Part shown: piece after piece, positions 14,117 to 25,700 of the stretch
Numbering within the stretch: position 1 is the stretch's first letter
Layout: every line of letters starts with the position of its first letter
Translations under genes and position numbers: made by a program
Assembly: GCA_000320545.1 (NCBI GenBank)
Contig: ADNK01001385.1
Coordinates: forward strand, 8,101-72,100
Length of the DNA: 64,000 nucleotides
DNA from: Bigelowiella natans CCMP2755
Lineage: Eukaryota > Protista > Cercozoa
Direction: 5' to 3'
Notes under the pieces: model-generated
The model's input: the letters and a program-made list of their open reading frames with translations, nothing else
Database searches by the model: none
What the model was told of the DNA's origin: nothing

Positions 14117-14762
14117 CACTTGTGCGTTTGTGTTCGCGCGTCCCTTGTATATATTCCCGTACTTAATATACATCGACTAGCTATGCCATGTTGTCTGTGC
14201 GGTTTTGGACCTTATAGATAAAAAAATTGAACATCTAGGAAAATATATATTCTTTTATGAATTGTATGTAGAGCTCCACTCAGTTTATTCTATTTGCTTA
14301 ACATTTTACCTCTCAAAACGGAAAATTTTCGACATTCCACCTGCTTCGTGTATCGACTTGCTTCATGGGTATCGGTGCTTCTGCCCTGCCGCCAACGTGT
14401 GGTGCGCGCTGTATGCCACATTAATTATGCAGCGGCGCATTGTGTAAGCACCAAAAATAAATGAATAATAATGCATGCGTGCGTACGTAGACCCCAACCG
14501 TACGCATGTACAAAGCATATACCCACACAAATGACAGCTAGAGCGTGATTCATGTACCCGATGATGGCAGTTTTAAAGTGGTTCGTTGACTGCTACATTT
14601 GCACGTAGCGCGTCATTGCATCATGCACGCACAGCATCATGCACTGCACCCTGCGATGCACTGCGTGGCATGATACTCATTACGTATTATGCAATTCAGT
14701 CATTTTTGAAATTCTACAAATTCAAGATGTTGACGCACAAAGTGTCAGCTGTAGAGGCGCGT

Positions 14763-15467
14763 TTACTTTGACCATACTGCATTTTCTTCTCCCAGGCCTG
14801 GAGGTGGGCCCATCCGGAAGAATGGAAATTCTGTTTGAACCGAGTTCTTGACTTTAGTGTCGAACATTTGACTATGAGTTTGCGTCTTCTTTGCCTCAAG
14901 CGGGACAGGCTTTTTCCTGAAATGCTCTTCAGTGAACATAAAGCATTCTTCTTCTTCTTCCTCTTCTTGATCACGATGCGTCAACTGAGGGACATCGCTC
15001 TGATCTGTTTGAACCGAGGTCTTGTCGTTACTGTTGAAGAAGCTTTGATTTTGCAGTTGGCTTGCACGCTCCTCTAGCTCATTACTGGGCTCCCAAGGAG
15101 ATGAACACGAGCTTGTGTCATCGTCAGTTTGATCCGTCCTTGACCATACTGCATTTTCTTCTCCCAGGCCTGGAGGTGGGCCCATCCGGAAGAATGGAAA
15201 TTCTGTTTGAACCGAGTTCTTGACTTTAGTGTTGAACATTTGACTATGAGTTTGCGTCTTGTTTGCCTCAAGCGGGACAGGCTTTTTCCTGAAATGCTCT
15301 TCAGTGAACATAAAGCATTCTTCTTCTTCTTCCTCTTCTTGGTCACGATGCGTCAACTGAGGGACATCGCTCTGATCGATACTGAAAATCGAGACAAATT
15401 CCCTTGGATCATCATGTTGATCTTCAATTGACATGTGGCATTTCATGCTCTCCCTGATAAATGCCAT
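14763..15467 (-). CDS. Hypothetical acidic protein with an internal tandem duplication
   Basis: 234-aa ORF containing two copies of DQSDVPQLTHRDQEEEEEEECFMF..GEENAVWS; the 372-bp offset preserves frame. No recognisable domain. Confidence 0.4.
   Translation of the reverse strand: MAFIRESMKCHMSIEDQHDDPREFVSIFSIDQSDVPQLTHRDQEEEEEEECFMFTEEHFRKKPVPLEANKTQTHSQMFNTKVKNSVQTEFPFFRMGPPPGLGEENAVWSRTDQTDDDTSSCSSPWEPSNELEERASQLQNQSFFNSNDKTSVQTDQSDVPQLTHRDQEEEEEEECFMFTEEHFRKKPVPLEAKKTQTHSQMFDTKVKNSVQTEFPFFRMGPPPGLGEENAVWSK
14768..15377. repeat. Direct repeat, two ~238-bp near-identical copies 372 bp apart
   Basis: 14768-~15005 matches 15140-~15377 (TTGACCATACTGC...GACATCGCTCTGATC). Confidence 0.95.
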
Positions 15468-16043
15468 CGTAAATGTGCTTCCTTAATGTGCTTCAGTCCC
15501 TTCTTCGCTATCACTTGGTGTTCTGAGTTGTAATTTCCCTCCTGTTTTATTTTGTGGGCGGTCACAGGTCGGCTCGGCGCCTGGGAAAAGGAGAAAGAAA
15601 TTTTGTAACGTGCCACTCGTTCCGATTTGTGGACTGCGACAGCAAGATCAAACCCAAAGCATAAGAGACTGTGGGGGATTTTGGTAAGAACTGTTGAGGG
15701 TACTAGGTTTGATTTATGGCGACAATCAAATATGGCCATAAACCATTCAAAAGGGCCTCTAAAAAGCAAGCGAAAAATGTAACATGCAACCATACATTTT
15801 GCTTTAGATCCCAAATCTAATCCCGGGATTACAAATGAGATTCAATTAAAATGGATCTCAGGGAGTCTCGGAAAGAATCCCTTATCCAGGCAGGAAGGCA
15901 TGGGATTTCATGACGACGACAAGATAAATACGCTTAGTCCTGGAACTTCAACGTCAATCGATATGTTGCCGATAAAAATCGGCCCACCTTATTGTTGAAT
16001 ACAGTGGGTTTCCTGCCGGACAGAAGAAAGAAAGAACCAGCGG

Positions 16044-16976
16044 ATGGCTCCAGGCCGTGGTGCAGCGAGCTTGGTCCTCCTTTCAGCCCTCCTACACACC
16101 CGTGCGTTATCATCGACCTACAAGAGTAGAGTAGCTACTATGAGGTCTTCGATGAGAGGGGTGAGAAATCGGAGGGAATCTCGTGTGTCTACATTGACTC
16201 GACAAGCGCTGATGTTCCCTTCGGATGGCTGGAGACCAGTACCCCACCTGCCTCTCGGCGGCAGAAGCGAGACAACTGAGGTCAATTGCAAACACAAAGT
16301 GCTTCGCACTCCATTATTGTGAAAGCGTTTCCCCACCCTCCCCTATACCACCTGGCATTTTGATTTGTGCGACAGGTACCGCATTACGGAAGAAAAAGGA
16401 AACATGCCTTGCAACGTCGCCTTGGCGTACTGCTCGCCTGCATCCGAGGAGGGGAGAGAAATTCCTTAGCCTCTACCATGACATCTTCTTCTTCTTCTCC
16501 TCCTTCTTCCTCTTCTTCTTCTCGTTATTCCTCCTCCTCCTCCCTCCTCCTCCCTCCTCCTCCTTCTCCTCCTCCTCCCTACCAATTGTCACTGGGAATC
16601 ACAAATTGCAATCGTCGAAGAGTAATGCATTTGCATCTTCGTTCAACACCGTAAGCTCTTCTAGCCGACCCAACAGCGCATGTGGAGCTACAGTGGAAAG
16701 GTCAATTCGTGTCTTAGAGTTGCCCTTGTCGACGCGATATCTTCTATGTTCTCATTGCCTTGCTTCTCTCATCACCATACAAAGTCGATGATTTATGATT
16801 TGACACCCACAGCGATACGAAAGTATACGAGCCTGCACCCACCCCACTCGATCCGGCGACAACTGAGCGTTTTTCCATTGCACCGATGATGGATTACACG
16901 GACAGGCACTTCCGCTATCTACTCCGCATGATCACGAAGAAGGTAATTATGGTGGTAGTGGTGGTATAAATAATCA

Positions 16977-17020
<44 letters not shown>

Positions 17021-19412
17021 GTGTGTAAACAATATAGCACGTAGATACGAAAAATCTTACGATGAACGATGCTTAGGCATGGCTGTACACAGAGATGGTG
17101 ACTTCCGAGGCGGTAAGATTAGAAGTATCAGTCGATTTAGTCACGACCGAAAACTAACAGCAATGAGAATTATTGGAATCCCTTCTTACAACTTACCTAA
17201 AAAATTTTAACATAACAAAAATGCGCGCATGAAGGCGTGTTTTTGTCGCCTGTATCGCGCGTGTGTGAAGTTTCGCTGCACCTTAATCTTAATTTTATAC
17301 TCGATTTTGATTTTGTGCGAAGATCATCCACGGGGATTCCGACCGTTTTTTGAACTACAATTGCGAAATTGAGCATCCAGTAGCCCTCCAGGTAGCAATG
17401 AAAAATATATACATTTACACTGAAAGAAGGCAGATCGAGAGAGAACGAACACATCTCCGTGCAAATCCACCACCATCACCACCACCATCGTCATCGTATT
17501 TTCAATACAAATTTCGTATAAGAAGTGACGACCAGCTATTTATTCAATATCGTCCATATTTACTCTCCATCTCTCTCTCTCTCTTCTTCATCGTTGTCTC
17601 CCCTTTGCACCTCCTCCCCCCTCGCCTCCCCTTCTCCTCGTCTTCCCTGCGAATATATATTAGTTGGGAGGGTCTTCGCCAGAGAGCCTGGCAGCTGCTG
17701 TCAAGATCGCACTTCGGTACAACTACGACGCCATCAATCTCAACTGTGGATGCCCCAGCGACAAGGTCACCGTGTTAAGGGAGATAATAAGTTACAACCC
17801 GTCTCTGCCTGCACGCCTATCGTTGATCTTGCTCATTATGAAAGTCATCGTCCTGGTTATCGTCGTCGCTCCTTGCTCAGGTGTCTGGCAAGGGTTGCTT
17901 TGGCGCCGCACTCATGCGTGAACCCGAGCTCACACAGGTGTTGCTTCGTGCTCGTTGTGAGCAAGAGAAAGAAGTAGAGGAGAATGTGGGGGAGAACATT
18001 CTCTGCATCTTCTCCAAGTGCTGCTGCTGCTGCTGCTGCTGCTACTACCACTACCACCTGGACGATATTCTAGTTATAGCATGTGTTAGACGGAATTTCT
18101 GAGTAAATCTTGTATTCGTTCAGGAGCTCTGCAAAAATATGTTTGAGGCGGCACGATCTGGCGCATCTCCATCCTCATCGTCCACTATAACCCCCTCCCC
18201 TCCACCAGTTACGGTGAAGTGCAGAATCGGAGTCGATGATAATGATAGTTATGAGGTAGGTATCCGATGAACGGACATACATATAAGACTGTGCTTCACG
18301 AATTTATTGTCCTGGGCGTCGTGATTCGGTGTTTGTAGGACTTAAGGCACTTCGTGGAAACGCTGGAGAAGGCAGGAATCACGCATTTCATCATACATGC
18401 TCGGAAGGTGGGGACAGGACGCATCATTTCTTAAATAATTTTTGCATCGTTGGTAGGAAAAATAATGGTACCCTAAATATGTAATTTCTCTCTTCTCCCC
18501 CCCCCCTCCCCCCCTCTCTCATTCTTATTATTCAAGGCCATCCTGAACATGAAACTAACGCCGAAGCAGAACCGCGATATTCCTCCCCTCCGATATGAGA
18601 TCGTAATCATACATTCACGCAGACTTAATATGGTTTTTGTGTTTTTTGCGAGTCCTCTTCACCTCCCCCCCCCCTCTTCCTCACCAGCTTCTTTCACCCT
18701 CCCTCCCCTTTCCAGGTTCACAAATTAGCTCGAGATCTTCCGCATCTAACATTTGTGCTCAATGGAGGGTAGTAGGGTTCAAAGTGGAGGGGGAAACAAC
18801 AGATTGTGCTTTTCAGGGCTGTCTCGGGGGGAAGGGGGGCGGGGAATCACACCTTTCGTGATGATAGAGAGCTATTTGTAGTGGAACATGCTCGGTGGTG
18901 ATTGAATGGCGAGTAAGGGGCTCATTATTCCCACCCCCCCCCCCCCCCCCGTTTTTTGCCAGAGTGAAGAGCTACGAGGAGACGGAGAAGTGTCTGAATA
19001 GCGGCAGTGGCGTCGTTGGCGTTATGGTCGGCAGGGAGGTCGATCATGATTACGATGATACGCATGCTTGGAGTGTACGTGTTGGGGGATGGTAGTTGGG
19101 GTAGTTGCAGAAATAACTTTAAACAAACACTTACGATGAGGAATTTATGACGATGTCCGTGCAGCAGGGTCTGTAGCCTATTATTATTTTTAAATGAGCT
19201 GCAGCAGCTAGTGAATCATCCGATATTGCCTCTACCTACCTACCTAAAAATTGAAATGATGCATTATCCATCTTTCCTTCTTCCCTCTACTCTCGCCGCC
19301 ATCAAGATTCTCAACAGGCCGTGGTACTGGGGCGACGTGGACCGACGTCTCTACGGGGCTGAGAATCCTGGAATCAGTCGAAGAGAAATCCTAGGCAACT
19401 ACTCGGTACAAT

Positions 19413-19444
<32 letters not shown>

Positions 19445-20066
19445 TTACAACTACTACTCGATTAGTGCACGTGCATCACCTGCTCAGTCTTACAGGTGGA
19501 GGGCGCAAAATGCAAGATTTTCTTTCTTGTTGCCATGTTTCAGATCCATTCTTGTAGCCTGCACCCAACTTGTCTTAATTCCCGCTCCGAAAAGCCGCGG
19601 CACACGAGTCGTTGCTGCTATTATTGCTGCTTCTAGTTGTTGGGCTTATCTTCTAAATATGCTGGTTGATACCTTTATTCTCTGCTTCAGAACTACGCGA
19701 CACATGAGATGGCAGCGCATCCAAAGCTGGGTCTCGGAACCATACTAAAGCCCATCCAAAACCTCTTTATTGGGGAGAGAGGCGCCCGAATGTATGCGTA
19801 CGATAGATAATTTAGTCAACTAATTGGATGCTGTATGGAATGCAATCTTCTATCCTAATCGTTATGGCCATTTTGATAGACTTAATCAAACGTTCGGAGA
19901 GTATCCCTCCTCATGTACACATACCTTATCCATGGGTTCTGGATATGCTTCCGTCAGGTACCGTCGAGTGTTGGCCGAAATGTCCGCAAAGAAGTTTCCG
20001 GTGCAGGACATCATTAGAAATGCCACTGCGTGCATTGGAGATGAGGATCTAGATAAGCGTTGGTGA
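16044..20066 (+). CDS. dusA: tRNA-dihydrouridine synthase, DusA type, with a probable bipartite (signal + transit) leader; multi-exon
   Basis: IAPMMDYTDRHFRYLLRMITKK, WLYTEMVT, HPVALQLGGS, INLNCGCPSDKV, CFGAALMREP, PVTVKCRIGVDD, HFIIHARKA, QNRDIPPLRYE, FVLNGG, VMVGRE. Confidence 0.92.
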
Positions 20067-20476
20067 GAAGACACTTTAAATAGTTGCTCGCTACCTATCA
20101 TAGATGGCCAATCAATGCACAGGTGCTCACATGCACACCGCTCGTTGATTTCTAGATTTGTACGACGGCCATACACAGCACACTAGCTATAGCGACCACA
20201 TTGTTCTTGCTCAAGTGGCATCGCAGAAACGAGTGCAACAAAAGAGCTCATCATCGTTGCTGCTGCTGACTCCTGTGTGCGTAGCCACACTCAAGACGGC
20301 GGCCACGCGTGTACGTGCGATGGCGCCTTTGCACACCTCTGCTCAACTCTTGCGCACGCGCCACAGCAGCGCATTCCAATCGACGGTGGCGTGTTCTAGC
20401 ATTGTTCGATTTGTGTGGCACTGCAGGAGACGACTGAATCAGAATGGCTCCAGCTAGCTAGCCGCGGCTCATCTAG

Positions 20477-21034
20477 CCAGTTGACCAGTCATGGTCTCAG
20501 AGTCCCACAGAGTGTCATGTCACCGCCATGCTGTCATGTTGCACGTTCCATGCACATGTGTGCATGTGTGCATGAGACGAGGATGTGACAAAGTGATTGA
20601 CAAATCTTTTCAATGGTCATTCAATGTGCAGCTGGGCTGCGGTGCAGCGCTTGCATTGCATCTGTTTGTCTCTTCCATTGTTGCACGTGTTTCACGTATT
20701 TGAAAGCATCTGGTTGCATGCGGTGTCTGCCTCCTCACATTGTCCTCCGGATGGCACGAATTTGCCAAGATTGCCGACCCCACAAGTGATGCATTGTGCA
20801 TCGCATGTCCATCACAATGGCATGCATCCATGTGATTGCAATGCTTGGCAATTTCAATCTGATGCCAGTGATTTGAGATGATGGAAGGACCCAAGGTTTT
20901 TGAGCTGAACAGCTCTTGTCAAATCATCAGACCATTCTGTCTTCAAAGGCAGAGAAAGCAGAAGATTTGGTCACTTCATGATGCACGCATGTCCAGATGT
21001 GCACACGTGTGTGTGCACGTGCACGTGCAGTGTG

Positions 21035-21079
<45 letters not shown>

Positions 21080-21575
21080 CGGCAACGGACGTGTGCCAGA
21101 CGAAGAAGTGCACAATTGGAGCAGTTTTGGTTTTCGTGTTGAAGGTCAAAACTTGACGCAAAAATCCTGAACAAAGCATCTCTGTTGCGCCGTTTCATCT
21201 GCAGCTCAATTGCAGACGACCTGCTAGGTGATGAACTTCCCACTGTTCGAATGACAAGAGAAGCACTGAAAAAAAATCTCAAAAAGCACCACGAAATTCC
21301 ATGGCAGAGGCAAGGTGACCACAATTGCACGTGAAACCGGGATTCCACCTGCCGCCACAACACAGCTCAAGAACCCATCGCCTTCTCCTCTTCTCTCTCC
21401 CCCCCTCCTCCATTTCCTCTCATCCGGCGTCGTGAAAGGGCTGTGCACGGTGAGCTGCGTCCGTGGCAACCACAGGCATTGAGCTGTCAAGGTCAGCTGT
21501 GAAACGTTCACATTGAAACAGTGCAAGTTGGCAACATTGAGAAAGAGAGAGAGAGAAGACAGAGAGAAGACAGGG

Positions 21576-21642
<67 letters not shown>

Positions 21643-22492
21643 TGAGAAAGGAGAGAGGGAAGACGCAGAGAGAAGACAGAGATGCATGAACGCACACACC
21701 TGCAGCACCTCGGACGTCGTGCCCAATCGACTGCACGTGCGAAGTGCAATGATTCTTCTTTTTGAGCCCTGAACCTTTTTCTCAGATCGATGTGCCATCG
21801 ACTGCGAAATGTCGATGCAAAAGTTTTGACCTCGCATCCGATTTTGCATCATTGTCTGCAACCCCTCGGTTCACCTTGGCTTTGAGGTCCAATGCTGCAG
21901 TTGCTGCCTCCCTGGCCGACAGCACTTTGCTGTGTTGATGTCGACTCATGCAACAGGTGTGCCTTGCAAACTTGTCAATGCGAAAATCCCCAGACTTGTG
22001 GAGTTCAGCAGCGAGCCGAAAATTGCAACCCTTCACTTTGCATTCCAACTGGCATCGTGTGGGACCACTGCTGCACGTCCGAGTTCCGCGTTTCACTTTC
22101 AGCTTGAAAAGTGGTCATCTTCACCTTCCGTGGATCCATGTTCTCAAAATGCGTCCAGTTGGCCAATCCGTGCTTTGCCTCAGGAGGCAAAGACACGCCC
22201 TCTCTCATCGGGACCCTCCACCAGGGGACAATGAACAATGAACAATGAACAATGAACAATGAACAAAGCATTGATCAAATTCACATGCGCCAGAGCCACA
22301 TGGGAGACAGGCGTGTGTGCGCAACAGAGTCTCAACAAAAATCATTGCAAGGACTTGTCAGCATCCTGTTGGGGAGATCAAGCTTTTTGCGGGATGGAGC
22401 ACCGGAGAGGCATGGAAAGGAGGGAAGTGCAGATTCCGAATCTTTTTTTCTGAATGCATTGTTTTCTTTTGCTGCGACAACCTGGTCATCTC
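20477..22492. other. TpA-free island of degenerate repeat/transposon DNA
   Basis: By eye only two TA dinucleotides in ~2 kb (GTAT near 20697, CTAG near 21224); rich in CATG, TGCA, CACA and TGTG. Confidence 0.9.
21782..22230 (-). mobile_element. Mutator-like (MULE/MuDR) transposase N-terminal remnant, frameshifted
   Basis: TRCQLECKVKGCNFRLAA..FRIDKFARHTC fits the MuDR/WRKY-GCM1-type C-x4-C..HxC zinc finger. The upstream part is in another frame and no DDE domain was seen. Confidence 0.6.
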
Positions 22493-22706
22493 TAAAAATT
22501 GGGGATGAATCCCCGATGCATCATAACTTTTATTCATGTTCTTTTGAAAAAAACACAAATGAATTGAATCACACATCCATCAACATGTCAATGGGTATCT
22601 CTAAGTTATTATCTAAAAAACAATTTCTGTGTCGCAGATACATGTAAGTCTTTTTAACCTTAAAAGTATCGGGGATCCCCAATAATAATGACCCCAGTTT
22701 TGACAG

Positions 22707-25700
22707 ATGTCGTCGTCTGGCACCTCGACGAGCAACACCTTCAAAGCAATGCACAGCAACGACCTTCCCTGTCTCAAACGTTTGATTGAGGGAAACGCAA
22801 ACATTGAGGAGCGCGACCGTTTCGGTGGGTAGCAGCGGCAGTGTCAACATTGTCGCAGCGGCAGTGGTTGGGAGGGTTGAGTGATTGATAGCAAATGTAG
22901 TGTTGGGTTTTAGGTGTTAGGTTTACACATTTACTAAAATAGTACCAGCATTAGAAGCAGGATTAGTAGCAAGTAGTGAGTAGCAAGTAGCAAGTAGTAG
23001 CTAGCAAAAGCTAGCTAGTAGTAGAAAGCAGTAGTGACAATGGGCTTGGTGACACTGATAGTAGAAGAACAAGTAGTGAGAAAGAGTAATGAATAAAGCA
23101 TTGCTCAGTAACATTTCCATGGAAGTGGGTAATGATTAGCCACGGGGAAGAAACGTCCAGCGTTTGAAATTAGATATGTTTCAAGACATTTGTTCACAAC
23201 ATGAATGCACATATTATGAGTGTTGGAATTTGATACATTATTGTTTTCTCACGACTATATAAAACGAGTAGCTTTGCATAGATACGGATGTAAGTTGTGA
23301 TATAATAAGTCATAAACACCTCCAAATCTATTATCATTATTTCGAACATGGCATTCATAAATTTGAATATGTAAGGATATAGTGGTTTGTTATTAGGTAA
23401 AACTCCGTTGATCGTGGGTTCCCGTGAGGGTCATTTGGAGATCGTAAAGTACCTGGTTGACATGAAGGCAAACATTGAGGCGAAAGACAAATATGGTGGG
23501 ATCTGATGCTAACAGGGAGGCTGGAGTAGTAATAGATATTACATAATTCGACAATATATTAGGTGATACTCCGTTGATTTGGGGTTCCCATGAGGGTCAT
23601 TTGAAGATCGTAAAGTACCTGGTTGACATGAAGGCAAACATTGAGGTGAAAGGCCGAAACGGTGGGTTCTGATGCTAGCAGAGAGGCAGGAGTTGCAAAA
23701 GATGTTATATAGTTTAACATGATTGCATAACAATATATTAGGTGATACACCGTTGATCGTGGGTTCCCGTAAGGGTCATTTGGAGATCGTAAAGTACCTG
23801 GTTGACATGAAGGCAAACATTGAGGCGAAAGACGAAGACGGTGAGTACTAATACAATCAGTGAGGTAGTAGTTGTAAAAGATGTTACATAATTGATATAA
23901 TTACATAACAATATATTAGATATTCCTCCGTTAATAAGGGGTTCCTATTGGGGTCATTTGGAGATCGTAAAGTACCTGGTTGACATGAAGGCAAACATTG
24001 AGGCGAAAGGCCGAAACGGTGGGTTCTGATGCTAGCAGAGAGGCAGGAGTTGCAAAAGATGTTATATAGTTTAATATGACTGCATAACAATATATTAGGT
24101 GATACACCGTTGATCGTGGGTTCCCGTGAGGGTCATTTGGAGATCGTAAAGTACCTGGTTGACATGAAGGCAAACATTGAGGCGAAAGATCGAGACGGTG
24201 GGATCTGGTGCTAACAGTGAGGCAGGAGTTGTAAAAGATGTTACATTATTTGATAAGATTGCATAACAATATATAAGGAGATACTCCGTTGATTTGGAGT
24301 TCCCGTGAGGGTCATTTGGAGATCGTAAAGTACCTGGTTTACATGAAGGCAAACATTGAGGCGAGAGGCCGAAACGGTGGGTTCTGATGCTAACAGTGAA
24401 GCAGGAGTTGTAATAGATATTGCATAATTGATATAATTGCATGACAATATATTAGGTAATACTGCCTTGATTTGGGGTTCCCGTGAGGGTCATTTGGAGA
24501 TCGTAAAGTACCTGGTTGACATGAAGGCAAACATTGAGGCGAAAAACGAATACTGTGGGTACTAATACAATTAGTGAGACAGGAGTTGTAAAAGATATTA
24601 CATAATTAGATATGATTGCATAACAATATATTAGGTAATACAGCGTTGGTTTTGAGTTCCTGTGAGTGTCATTTGGAGATCGTAAAGTACCTGGTTTACA
24701 TGAAGGCAAATATTGAGGCGGTGCGCGAAAACGGTTGGTTTTGATGCTAACAGTGAGGCAGGAGTTGCAAAAGATGTTACATAATTTGAAATAATTACAT
24801 AACAATATATTCGAACAAACAGGGTTGATTTATGGTTCCCGTGAGGGTCATTTGGAGATCGTAAAGTACCTGGTTGACATGAAGGCAAACATTGAGGCGA
24901 AAGATCAAGACGGTGCGATCTGATGCTAACAGTGAGGCAGGAGTTGTGAAAGGTATTACATAATTTGATATGATTGCATCAATATCTTAGGAAGTACACC
25001 TTTGAGTGAGGGTTCCATTAACGATCATTTGGAGATCGTAAAATACCTCGTTAACATGAAGGCAAACATTGAGGCGAAAGGCAAATATGGTGGGTTCTGA
25101 TGCTAACACTGAGGCAGGAGTTGCAAAAGATATTACGTAATATGATATGATTACATAACAATATATCAGGTGATACACCGTTGATTTTGGGTTCCCGTGA
25201 GGGTCATTTGGAGATCGTAAAATACCTGGTTGACATGAAGGCAAACATTGAGGCGAAAGATCGAGACGGTGGGTTCTCATGCTAACAGTGAGGCAGGAGT
25301 TGTAAAAGATGTTACATTATTTGATAAGATTGCATAACAATATATAAGGAGATACTCCGTTGATCGTGGGTTCCCGTGAGGGTCATTTGGAGATCGTAAA
25401 GTACCTGGTTGACATGAAGGCAAACATTGAGGCGAAAGATCGAAACGGTGGGTACTAATACAATTAGTGAGGCAGGAGTTGTAAAAGATATTACATAATT
25501 AGATATGATTGCATAACAATATATCAGGTGATACACCGTTGATTTGGACTTCCAAGAAGTATAATTTGGAGATCGTAAAATACCTGGTTGACATGAAGGC
25601 AAACATTGAGGCGAAAGACGAAGACGGTGGGTTCTCATGCTAACAGTGAGGCAGGAGTTGTAAAAGATATTACGTAATTTGATATGATTATATGACAATA

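Noticed and set aside
20477-22492. CpG methylation decay or classical RIP as the cause of the TG/CA excess
   Set aside because: CpG is still common while TA is nearly absent; RIP would increase TA; ankyrin copies show TA as ancestral.
20158-22647. Many overlapping His/Cys-rich ORFs as real proteins
   Set aside because: Loss of TAA/TAG stops and TG/CA repeats make long ORFs in all frames; only the MULE fragment has a recognisable motif.
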